In this document: positions 37,079 to 45,953 of the stretch, one piece after another
Position numbering within the stretch: position 1 is the first letter of the stretch
Layout: each line of letters begins with the position of its first letter
NCBI GenBank assembly: GCA_021299995.1
Contig: JAJTIA010000025.1
Location: forward strand, 1,294-65,293
Direction of reading: 5' to 3'
Length of the DNA: 64,000 nt
From: Candidatus Jidaibacter sp.
GTDB lineage: Bacteria; Pseudomonadota; Alphaproteobacteria; Rickettsiales; Midichloriaceae
Translations under genes and position numbers: made by a program
The notes under the pieces: generated by a model
The model's database searches: none
Seen by the model: only the letters and a program-made list of their open reading frames with translations
What the model was told of the DNA's origin: nothing

Positions 37079-38831
37079 CATAGCACTAATACAACTGACA
37101 GATAACTGCTATGCATACGAGCTCCGGCATAGCTATGCTATTTTTTCTGAGCCAAAATATTCTAAAGATTTTAAGCATTTTGATTATGTAAATCCTGATG
37201 CACCCAAGGGTGGGTCGTTCGTGAAAGGTCATGTTGGTGCAATGGACAGCCTCAACGCATATACGCTCAAAGGCAATAAGGCCCCTGGGCTTGAGTACAT
37301 TTATGATACGCTACTTGTCTCATCATTTGACGAGTTGAGTTCTTTTTATCCACTACTTGCAGAGAGTTTTTATGTCAGCCCTAAGAATGATTGGGTAGTA
37401 TTCAATATCAGAAAAGAAGCTCGCTGGCATGACGATACACCTATAACAAGTGAAGATGTTGCTTTTTCAGTAAACATCTTACGTGAAAAAGGTAGCCCTA
37501 CATATCAGATAATGCTTAAAGAAGTTGGCGCTGTTGATATACTAGACGAGCACACCGTTAAAATCCATATGCTCAACACAAGAGACCCTGCACTCATTGC
37601 AGTTATTGGGCAGCTACCTATTTTATCTAGTGCATATTTCAAGCAGCATGATTTCTTAGACTCAGATGATGTTCCTATGCTTACAAGCGGACCTTACCGA
37701 ATTAAAGAATACAAACCCAATAAAACTATCGTCTATGAAAGAGTAAACGATTACTGGGGAAAAGAGCTGCCGGTCAATAAAGGCTATTACAATTTTGAAT
37801 ATCTAAAATATGAAGCATTTTTGGAAAATATTATAGCGATTGAAGCGCTGAAAGGTGGTGAGCTAGATTTCCGTGAGGAAAATGTCTCAAAATTATGGGC
37901 AAAAGCATATAATTCTAAAGCAATCAAAGATGGTAGACTCAAGAAAGAGTTTGCTATCCACACATCTCCGCCAAATTTGCAGTCTATATTCTTAAACACT
38001 CGCAGGCCTTTGTTGCATGATATACACCTGCGTAAAGCTCTAACAGAATGCTTTGACTTTGATTGGATGAACAAATATCTGTTTCATGGATTGTACAAAA
38101 GAATAGAGAGCTATTATCAAAACACACAGTATAGTGCTCCAGGACTTCCTTCAGCAGAGGAGATATCTGTACTATCGCAATTTCGAGATCAATTGCCAAA
38201 TGAGCTCTTTACGAAAGAATTTACAATTCCATCAACAGATGCAGATCCACTAAAAAATCGCGCAAACTTAGTGAAAGCTAAGAAAATGCTATTAGATGCT
38301 GGATATTATTACTCTGGGACCAAGCTTATGTCTTCCGCTCACAAGCCGGTAGAGATGGATATAATATATCATTTCCAAGGATTCGAACGGATATTCTTGG
38401 CATATAAAGAGAATTTAGAAAAGATTGGTATCAAGCTAAATTTAAGGCTGTTAGATTATACTCAATATCAAAAAAGGCTACAGGATTTCGATTTTGATAT
38501 GACTGTTGCAGCGTTGGCACCTGCTATAGTTCCTGGTGATTTGGAACTACAGTTGTGGCATTCTAGCTCTGATGTTGTTGGTGGTCTTAATTTTGCGGGG
38601 ATACATGACAATGTGGTTGATTATTTAATAGAAAAATTAAGAGCATCAGATACAAAAGAACAAAAAGTACTGTACGCAAGATGCTTAGATAGAGTGCTGT
38701 TATGGAATTACTACTCCGTACTTCAACTTTATTCAAATAATTATAGGCTAATATACTGGGATAAATTTGGTATTCCAGATGTGCGCCCAACATATTACTT
38801 AGGGTTAGAGACATGGTGGCTGAAAAATTAA
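36882..38831 (+). CDS. yejA: ABC transporter substrate-binding protein, family 5 (YejA-like); the true start is probably a non-ATG codon near 37010-37030
   Basis: FDYVNPDAPKGGSF...YPLLAESF...ARWHDDTPITSEDVAFS is the YejA-type pattern. The first ~45 codons of the track ORF overlap the reductase gene. The signal peptide is SSILLLKVCLLSIALI. Confidence 0.8.
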   Translation: MIQCLCKQAERVFLRSVILHHIIVSLSLFSQDLQRQHLQLITYIKSSFLKKRYTSSILLLKVCLLSIALIQLTDNCYAYELRHSYAIFSEPKYSKDFKHFDYVNPDAPKGGSFVKGHVGAMDSLNAYTLKGNKAPGLEYIYDTLLVSSFDELSSFYPLLAESFYVSPKNDWVVFNIRKEARWHDDTPITSEDVAFSVNILREKGSPTYQIMLKEVGAVDILDEHTVKIHMLNTRDPALIAVIGQLPILSSAYFKQHDFLDSDDVPMLTSGPYRIKEYKPNKTIVYERVNDYWGKELPVNKGYYNFEYLKYEAFLENIIAIEALKGGELDFREENVSKLWAKAYNSKAIKDGRLKKEFAIHTSPPNLQSIFLNTRRPLLHDIHLRKALTECFDFDWMNKYLFHGLYKRIESYYQNTQYSAPGLPSAEEISVLSQFRDQLPNELFTKEFTIPSTDADPLKNRANLVKAKKMLLDAGYYYSGTKLMSSAHKPVEMDIIYHFQGFERIFLAYKENLEKIGIKLNLRLLDYTQYQKRLQDFDFDMTVAALAPAIVPGDLELQLWHSSSDVVGGLNFAGIHDNVVDYLIEKLRASDTKEQKVLYARCLDRVLLWNYYSVLQLYSNNYRLIYWDKFGIPDVRPTYYLGLETWWLKN

Positions 38832-40378
38832 TATCAATTACAGACCTAAAAATAGTATCAGATGACGATAAAACCCTGGTAAATTCTGTATCTTTTGATA
38901 TACAGGAAAACGAGATCTTGGCAATTGTTGGTGAAAGTGGATCTGGCAAAACACTGACTGCTTCTAGCATACTAAACCTCCTTCCAAGCAGAAAACTAAG
39001 GGCGACAGGAGGCGTGAAGTTAGGAAGCACAAATATACTAGCACTTCCAGACTCAGCTATCAGATCAATTCGTGGCAACAGAATTTCTATGATATTTCAA
39101 GAGCCGTTGTCTGCGCTCAATCCTCTTCATACAGTTTATGAACAAATCTCAGAGATTATATACATACATAATCGCACGATATCAAAAAAAGATCTTTATA
39201 CTAAAGTTTGCGAGATGCTGGAGCTTGTGGAGTTAAAAGACTTTGAAAACAGGCTGGATTCTTATCCACACCAGCTCTCTGGTGGGCAGCGCCAGCGTGT
39301 GATGATAGCAATGGCACTTGCAAATAACCCAGAACTTTTAATAGCGGATGAGCCTACTACAGCATTAGATGCTTTTACCTCTCTTAAAATACTAAAGTTG
39401 ATGAAGAAGCTGCAAAACACGTTACACATGTCTATCTTGCTTATAACACATGATTTGCCTGCTGTTCGCATGATAGCAGATAGAGTGGTAGTGATGAAGG
39501 ATGGAGAAATTATAGAGGTTGCAGATACCGAGACTCTCTTTAGCGCTCCTCATCATTCATACACAAAATTCCTTATAGATAGCATACCAACACGCTTCGA
39601 TTTACAAGAGAAAGAAAATAACCCAATTTTATCAGTTTCTAATTTGAATGTGAGTGTTGAGAAAAATCGCACTATTTTCTCATTTAAAAAACACTATAAT
39701 CATATCTTATCAGACATAAACTTTAGCTTAAAACCTGCTGAGACATTGGGTGTTATAGGGTCAAGCGGCTCTGGGAAGACTACATTATTGATGGCTATCT
39801 TAGGATTCATGAAATTCGATGGTATCATAACGCTTGATGGGCAAGATATTTCGAACATATCAAAGCGAGATATGAAGCGATTTCGCAATAAAATACAGAT
39901 GGTTTTTCAAGATCCATTCTCTAGCTTAAATCCGCGTATGATGGTGCGTGAAATTCTAGAAGAAGCTTTTTTTGCCTTTCATGCAAAAGCAGAGCTATTC
40001 TCTTTTGAAGCAAGGCTTATCGAAGTGTTGAAACTTGTTGAGCTAGATATAAGATTCGCAGAAAGATACCCAAATGAGTTATCCGGGGGCCAGCGCCAGC
40101 GCGTTGCTATAGCACGAGCTCTTATTGTATCACCAAAGTTAATATTGTTAGATGAGCCTACATCTGCACTTGATAAACCTATCCAGCTTTCAATACTCAG
40201 GCTGCTGGATAAGTTGCAAAAAACACAGCAACTATCGTATATTCTGGTGAGCCATGATCTTGAAGTAATCAACGCGTTATCACATAGAGTGATAAGGCTA
40301 AGATCAGGCTCTATAATTGATCATGGAATTCCAGATAATGTGTTGAAAAAATTTGCACAAGACTATCTTTTAGGTTAG
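38813..40378 (+). CDS. yejF: ABC transporter ATP-binding protein with duplicated ATPase domains (YejF-like)
   Basis: Two Walker A motifs (GESGSGKT, GSSGSGKT), two signatures (LSGGQRQR twice) and two Walker B motifs (LLIADEPTTALD, LILLDEPTSALD). Confidence 0.88.
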   Translation: MVAEKLISITDLKIVSDDDKTLVNSVSFDIQENEILAIVGESGSGKTLTASSILNLLPSRKLRATGGVKLGSTNILALPDSAIRSIRGNRISMIFQEPLSALNPLHTVYEQISEIIYIHNRTISKKDLYTKVCEMLELVELKDFENRLDSYPHQLSGGQRQRVMIAMALANNPELLIADEPTTALDAFTSLKILKLMKKLQNTLHMSILLITHDLPAVRMIADRVVVMKDGEIIEVADTETLFSAPHHSYTKFLIDSIPTRFDLQEKENNPILSVSNLNVSVEKNRTIFSFKKHYNHILSDINFSLKPAETLGVIGSSGSGKTTLLMAILGFMKFDGIITLDGQDISNISKRDMKRFRNKIQMVFQDPFSSLNPRMMVREILEEAFFAFHAKAELFSFEARLIEVLKLVELDIRFAERYPNELSGGQRQRVAIARALIVSPKLILLDEPTSALDKPIQLSILRLLDKLQKTQQLSYILVSHDLEVINALSHRVIRLRSGSIIDHGIPDNVLKKFAQDYLLG

Positions 40379-40411
40379 CATTCATGCATGTATTAAATTT
40401 GGAGCACAGCT

Positions 40412-40990
40412 ATGAAAATCACCATCTCAGGCCAACACTTAAGTGTTGGAGATTCTTTAAAAGCACATATCGAAGCTGCTTTAGAGAAAATAGTGACAAA
40501 GTATTTTGATAGGGCGATTGCTGCGCACGTTACTTTAACCAAAGAAAGAAATCATCTAATTAGAACAGATATTTTGGTGAATGAAGGGACAAGCACAGGG
40601 ATTGCAATTAAAAGTGGATCGGAAGATTATGATGCGTATAGAAGCTTTGATGCTGCAGTTTCGAAAGCTGAACACCAATTGAGAAGGCACAAAGATAGAA
40701 TCAAAGCTCATCAAAAGAACAAAGACGCTATTATTGCATCCTTCGAAGCGACAAAATACACTATATCACCGTTTGGCGAAGAGTCTAAAGAAGCATCACC
40801 TGTGATAATCGCAGAAAAGGCTACTGCTGTAGATACTCTCTCTGTGGGCGAAGCGGTTATGAAGATGGATTTGCAAGACCTAAACGCTTATATCTTCGTA
40901 AATTCGGCTAACAACAGAATAAATATGGTATATTATAAAAAAGATGGTAATATTGCTTGGCTTGATGTGCCAGAATATAAAAAGTCTTAA
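40412..40990 (+). CDS. hpf: ribosome hibernation promoting factor (long HPF)
   Basis: S30AE N-terminal domain (MKITISGQHLSVGDSLKAHIE) plus a C-terminal dimerisation domain. Length 192 aa. Confidence 0.85.
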   Translation: MKITISGQHLSVGDSLKAHIEAALEKIVTKYFDRAIAAHVTLTKERNHLIRTDILVNEGTSTGIAIKSGSEDYDAYRSFDAAVSKAEHQLRRHKDRIKAHQKNKDAIIASFEATKYTISPFGEESKEASPVIIAEKATAVDTLSVGEAVMKMDLQDLNAYIFVNSANNRINMVYYKKDGNIAWLDVPEYKKS

Positions 40991-40996
40991 AGTAGG

Positions 40997-42100
40997 ATGA
41001 ATTCCAAACAAAAATTAATCGGTTTAAATTGCAAAGAGTTAACCAAAGAGTTAGAGGCGTTGGGCTTTCCTTCGTTTAGAGCTAAGCAAATATGGTATTG
41101 GGTTTACAATAAGGGTGTGCAAACATTCGAAGAAATGACCAATCTGCCAATTGCTATGCGTGCCCAATTAGATGAGCTATACAGCCTAGAGAGAATGTCG
41201 GTTAGCAAAGAGCTTATTTCATTTGATGAAACAAGGAAGTGGCTTTTAAAGCTAGATGATGGCAACGAGATAGAAACTGTATTTATTCCAGATGGTGAAA
41301 GGGGTACAATTTGTATATCATCCCAAGTTGGCTGCACCCTCACTTGCAAATTTTGTCATACAGGTACTCAGTTGCTTGTAAGAAATCTTACAGCGCATGA
41401 AATAATAGCCCAATATATGCATGTAAAAGATGCCCTAGAAGATTGGCCAGCGAGTAAAGAAGGTAGAAAGGTTACAAACATTGTAATGATGGGTATGGGG
41501 GAACCGCTCTATAATTATGATAACGTTTCCGAGGCTCTAAAAATCATTATGGATGCGGATGGCCTGGGTCTATCTCGCCGCAAAATCACTCTTTCTACGT
41601 CTGGAGTTGTGCCAATGATAGAGCAGTGCGGCTCGGAGCTTGGTGTAAATCTTGCTATCTCATTACATGCTGTACGCAACGAATTAAGAAATACGCTTGT
41701 CCCTCTTAACAAGAAGTATCCTATAGAGGAATTGTTGGCTGCATGTAAAAAATATCCAGCATTAAAAGGGAGAGAGCGCATTACATTTGAATACGTAATG
41801 CTTAAAGATGTAAATGACTCAGAAGAAGATGCTCGTGAATTAGTAAAGCTTATCAAGAATATTCCAGCGAAAATCAATCTGATACCATTCAACCCATGGG
41901 ACGGTGCTCCGTTTGAGTGCTCCACAAATAAAGCGATAAAACGTTTTGCAATGATACTTGAAAAAGCGGGTTACACAGCCCCTGTAAGAACGCCAAGAGG
42001 CCAAGATATCATGGCTGCATGTGGACAGCTAAAATCTGAAAGCATTAGGCAAAAGAAAAGCAGGCTAAATGATGAGTCAGAGGGGTCATGCAGCTTATAA
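40997..42100 (+). CDS. rlmN: 23S rRNA (adenine2503-C2)-methyltransferase, radical SAM
   Basis: [12 protein letters not shown]-terminus, radical-SAM [11 protein letters not shown], and GMGEPL. Confidence 0.92.
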   Translation: MNSKQKLIGLNCKELTKELEALGFPSFRAKQIWYWVYNKGVQTFEEMTNLPIAMRAQLDELYSLERMSVSKELISFDETRKWLLKLDDGNEIETVFIPDGERGTICISSQVGCTLTCKFCHTGTQLLVRNLTAHEIIAQYMHVKDALEDWPASKEGRKVTNIVMMGMGEPLYNYDNVSEALKIIMDADGLGLSRRKITLSTSGVVPMIEQCGSELGVNLAISLHAVRNELRNTLVPLNKKYPIEELLAACKKYPALKGRERITFEYVMLKDVNDSEEDARELVKLIKNIPAKINLIPFNPWDGAPFECSTNKAIKRFAMILEKAGYTAPVRTPRGQDIMAACGQLKSESIRQKKSRLNDESEGSCSL

Positions 42101-42231
42101 ATAACTCTCGGGCCCAGCAGTGCTTTGAGACTAATATACAACGGGCGCAACAACAGCATGCTATTAAGAAATTTAGTTGGTCATTTTACAGCTTTTTGTA
42201 TATATTTTAATCATAAAATACAAGCAGCAAT

Positions 42232-42963
42232 ATGAAGCCAATTATCGCAATCACGCTAGACTATCCACAGGATAATGCATATGCAAAAACTCCTTGGTAT
42301 GCAATACGCGAAGAGTATCTAAAATCTGTTGCAGACAGTGCTGGAACTCCTTTTTTACTTCACTATCACTTTGATGATATAGATGATGTATTGTCTAGGG
42401 TTGATGGCCTCATGCTCACTGGTGGTGCCGTTGATATAGACCCTGCGGTTTATGGAGAAGATATAAGAAGTAATGAAGTATCGATAAACAAAAAGCGCAG
42501 TCAATTCGAGATGGAGCTGTTCAAAAAAGCTGTAGCACGCAAAATACCTATCCTTGCTATATGTGCAGGAGAACAGTTGATGAATGTTGTATTGGGTGGC
42601 AGCTTACTACAACATATACCTGATGATTTAGAAGGTGCTCTAGAGCATCACTTCAACACAGATAGGCATCTGCCAAGGCACACTATAAAAGTTGACGAAC
42701 GGAGCAAATTATTCGAGATAATAGGCAAAAAAGAGTATATGGTAAACTCTACACATCATCAGGCAGTCAAAAGTCTGGGTAGCAATATCATTGCATCTGC
42801 CCATAGTCCAGATGGTGTTATAGAAGCGATAGAAACGAAAGATCCAGATCATTTTTGCTTGGGCGTGCAGTGGCATCCTGAATATTTTCAATCGGAAGAA
42901 GATAAAAAGTTAATGAGGTACTTTGTAAACGAATGTCTGAAATACAAAAAAAAGAAACTGTAA
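42232..42963 (+). CDS. gamma-glutamyl hydrolase / class I glutamine amidotransferase (peptidase C26, PuuD-like)
   Basis: ILAICAGEQLMN (nucleophile Cys), HHQAV and GVQWHPE motifs. Confidence 0.82.
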   Translation: MKPIIAITLDYPQDNAYAKTPWYAIREEYLKSVADSAGTPFLLHYHFDDIDDVLSRVDGLMLTGGAVDIDPAVYGEDIRSNEVSINKKRSQFEMELFKKAVARKIPILAICAGEQLMNVVLGGSLLQHIPDDLEGALEHHFNTDRHLPRHTIKVDERSKLFEIIGKKEYMVNSTHHQAVKSLGSNIIASAHSPDGVIEAIETKDPDHFCLGVQWHPEYFQSEEDKKLMRYFVNECLKYKKKKL

Positions 42964-43643
42964 GAATTGCAAAGTACATAGCATCATCTGGCAAATATTC
43001 AAGGCGCGAAGCAGAAAGGCTAATTGTGGACCTACGAGTAAAACTAAACGGCAAAATAGTAGAGGATTTAGGAAGGCAAGTAGCAAAAGATGACATCATA
43101 CTAGTAGATGATGAGCCTATAACTCCAGAGCTAAAAGAAAAAATATGGCTATTTTACAAACCTAGGGGCTGCATTTGCTCACGCTCCGATGAACAGGGTC
43201 GGAAAACTATATACGATGTTTTGCCAAAAGAAATGGCAAAAGTGCATCTGGTAGGTAGGCTCGATTATAACACGGAAGGTCTTATTATCCTCACAAACAG
43301 CCCTGCAATTAAACGTCATATGGAGATGCCTAGCAGCGGTATGATAAGAAAATATAAAGTTAGGATTTTAGGCTCAATATCAGATGATATGAGGGCTAAT
43401 TTAGAAAAAGGCATAACGCATGAAGGGATGAAATACAAACCATGTAAAGTGAAGGTGTTGCTGCCGAAAAAGCCTGATGCAATCAATACTTGGCTCGAGA
43501 TTTCTCTTTCTGAGGGTAAGTATCGCGAAATACGAAATATGATGGACTTCGCAGGGTGCCAAGTAAATAGACTGATAAGAACAGCTTATGGCCAATTCTC
43601 TTTGGGCGATATGCATCCCTATGAATTAAAATCAGTAGATTAA
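42933..43643 (+). CDS. RsuA/RluB-family pseudouridine synthase with S4 domain
   Basis: RIAKYIASSGKYSRREAERLI (S4 domain) and catalytic GRLDYNTEGLIILTN. Confidence 0.82.
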   Translation: MSEIQKKETVRIAKYIASSGKYSRREAERLIVDLRVKLNGKIVEDLGRQVAKDDIILVDDEPITPELKEKIWLFYKPRGCICSRSDEQGRKTIYDVLPKEMAKVHLVGRLDYNTEGLIILTNSPAIKRHMEMPSSGMIRKYKVRILGSISDDMRANLEKGITHEGMKYKPCKVKVLLPKKPDAINTWLEISLSEGKYREIRNMMDFAGCQVNRLIRTAYGQFSLGDMHPYELKSVD

Positions 43644-43996
43644 ATAAACCAGAGCCCTTCGTCACGTATAGCGTATAAAGATCGTAAAGCAACGCAATGT
43701 AATAGATCATACCTATGCATATGGGTTGAGATGAGTTATAGAGATAAGATTTAAAGCGATGAAAACAGGGGGATTAATATACAAGATAATGTCTGAATTC
43801 ATTCTAAGAGCATTGCTATATTACATCGTATAAATCTGTAAAATCGAGGTATTTCATGTCTTTCAGCCTGGTGTCTCCTTGCTAAAAGATCCCATGTACT
43901 TACACAACTTCAAAAATTTTCTGCTGTTTTAATTAATCATTTATTAATCTTTATAAGCCATACTATCATTATAGATTAATTAAATATAGGTATAGA

Positions 43997-45037
43997 ATGT
44001 TAGGTAGAATTGGATCAGTTTTGACTAAAGGTAGGGGGGCAGCAGTGAATCATCTTCGGACTATGGCTCCAAAACTAAGAATGGAATTTGAGCGAAGAAG
44101 ATTAGAGATGGAAATTGATGTTGCGATTCTAAAAGAAGTTTTAATAGCATCTGCGGTTCAAGCGATCTCTCAAGGTAAGGAGATGAAAGATGCAGCGGTT
44201 GATATGAAAGATGCTGCATTAATTGTAGCTCAAACAGAATATATAGACCCAATGCAAGCGATAATGACACAATTATTGCAAGATAGTATATCAAGCGCCA
44301 GCCAAACGGTGTATCCCGAATTTTATGAGGTGGATAGCGAGGTTGCAAAGGAATATTATTCTTCTTTCATGCCAGAATTTGATAGAATTGAAGGTAGTGA
44401 AAATGGGGAAAAGAGTGAATATGCTGAAAAAGCTCAGAAATTTTTAGCTGAAAAAGCTAAGGATTACTTGAAACTAATTAGGTGGATTGCAGCAGTTACG
44501 TTCTGTTATGAATTCTATCAAGGATGGCAGCAATACGAAGAAGACAAAGGATCTGAAGCTGTACAAGGTAAAGATGAATACAAAATTGGTGATGAAGAGT
44601 TTTTTGCCAAATTTCCAGAGGCGCTTGATAGGCAATTTAAAGAATTTGTTGCAAAAATTCAGGAAGAATTTGCTAGAATTGTTGGAAATTTGCCGTATAA
44701 TGGAGTAAAATCTGATTTAAAAGAAGATATGGTAAATCAGGAGTTTGCAAAAGTTGTAGATTCCATTCTGTCGAATATCTTAGATGGAGTGGATAAAAAA
44801 ATTGAATCTAAGGTTAATGACCAAGGAGCTGAATTAACTGCTAAAGAGCTGGAACAACTTCAATTAGTACGAAGTTTTACAAGGGGCTGTGCAGTTGCAG
44901 TAAGATCTGTTTTGGCTCCTCCTCAAGTTGCATCTCATGTAGCGAAAGTTACCGGCTTCACTCTAGGGTATGTAACGCATTCAGGATGTGATCAAGCTGG
45001 TGCTGCTATAGGTAAGACAGAGATTTTTAGAGAATAA
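43997..45037 (+). CDS. lineage-specific acidic helical protein with a Gly/Ala/Val-rich C-terminus
   Basis: 346-aa ORF after a 353-bp non-coding gap. No family recognised. Confidence 0.5.
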   Translation: MLGRIGSVLTKGRGAAVNHLRTMAPKLRMEFERRRLEMEIDVAILKEVLIASAVQAISQGKEMKDAAVDMKDAALIVAQTEYIDPMQAIMTQLLQDSISSASQTVYPEFYEVDSEVAKEYYSSFMPEFDRIEGSENGEKSEYAEKAQKFLAEKAKDYLKLIRWIAAVTFCYEFYQGWQQYEEDKGSEAVQGKDEYKIGDEEFFAKFPEALDRQFKEFVAKIQEEFARIVGNLPYNGVKSDLKEDMVNQEFAKVVDSILSNILDGVDKKIESKVNDQGAELTAKELEQLQLVRSFTRGCAVAVRSVLAPPQVASHVAKVTGFTLGYVTHSGCDQAGAAIGKTEIFRE

Positions 45038-45055
45038 CAAAACAAGGAGTATGAT

Positions 45056-45418
45056 ATGTTTAGTTCTTTTTATAACACTCTAATGCGTGAAAAATTAGTG
45101 AAGGCTCAAAATGAAGTGAAAGATGTGTTTGCTAATCCTTCAACTGGAGAGATGCAAGCATATAACTGCGCTACACAAGCACACTTTATTAGCGACCTTT
45201 GTGTAAAGCTTGAGTTAGAAAATAACCCGAAACATGCCAAGATGCTAGCTGCTTTAAAAAAGGTTGCTCCGTCTTGCGATACAATTTTTGAGCTTACTAA
45301 CAATCCTCACGGTGCGGACCTCAAATTGGAAGCACAAGAGCGTTATCAAGATGCTATTAAGAGGCATGCAATAGAGGAATTTTTTAGACAAAAGCCTAAT
45401 AGTGATATTGAGAAATAG
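45056..45418 (+). CDS. small lineage-specific helical protein (partner of the 43997 ORF)
   Basis: 120-aa ORF 18 nt downstream of the 346-aa ORF, with AAGGAG upstream and a strong terminator after it. Confidence 0.5.
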   Translation: MFSSFYNTLMREKLVKAQNEVKDVFANPSTGEMQAYNCATQAHFISDLCVKLELENNPKHAKMLAALKKVAPSCDTIFELTNNPHGADLKLEAQERYQDAIKRHAIEEFFRQKPNSDIEK

Positions 45419-45453
45419 ATCATTTATAGCTCTGTATTATATGATAAAATGAC

Positions 45454-45490
45454 TACGGCACATCGCGTATATGATGGGCCGTATTTTTTT
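45454..45490 (+). terminator. rho-independent terminator
   Basis: TACGGCACATC-gcgtatat-GATGgGCCGTA followed by TTTTTTT. Confidence 0.7.
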
Positions 45491-45574
45491 GCATATGTTA
45501 AGATAGATCTTATTGATCTCAAGATTTTTATTGCTATAAAAATATGTAACTTATGATGAGGCATTGAGTGTAAT

Positions 45575-45940
45575 ATGTTCAGTAAACTATATGAATCGAG
45601 AAACAGAAAGTCGCTCGAACAAGCTTAAAATAAAGTTAGAGATGCTTTTGAAAATCCTATAACAGGAGAGAGGGAAGCATATCTGTGCTCTATTGAAAGG
45701 TTGCGTATTACTAACTTTTGTAAAGAGATGCTAAAAGATAATAATACCCAAGATCCTCATATGCTTATTTTATTGCTAATAACAGCTACTTCTTGTGATA
45801 GGATTTACGAGATCACACACCATTCGTTAGGCTCTGGTCTAAGGGAGGAGTCTGAGCAGAGGTATAAAAATGCTATAGAGCTTGATGCTGTAAGTGTTAG
45901 GGCGGAGCATAAGAGCGTTTGCAATGATATTGGCAAATAG
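45575..45940 (+). pseudogene. diverged paralogue of the 45056-45418 gene, interrupted by an in-frame TAA at 45626-45628
   Basis: Manual translation MFSKLYESRNRKSLEQA*NKVRDAFENPITGEREAYLC...SCDRIYEIT...EQRYKNAIE aligns colinearly with MFSSFYNTLMREKLVKAQNEVKDVFANPSTGEMQAYNC...SCDTIFELT...QERYQDAIK. The stop falls where the intact copy has Gln. Confidence 0.65.
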
Positions 45941-45953
45941 TGACAATGATATC

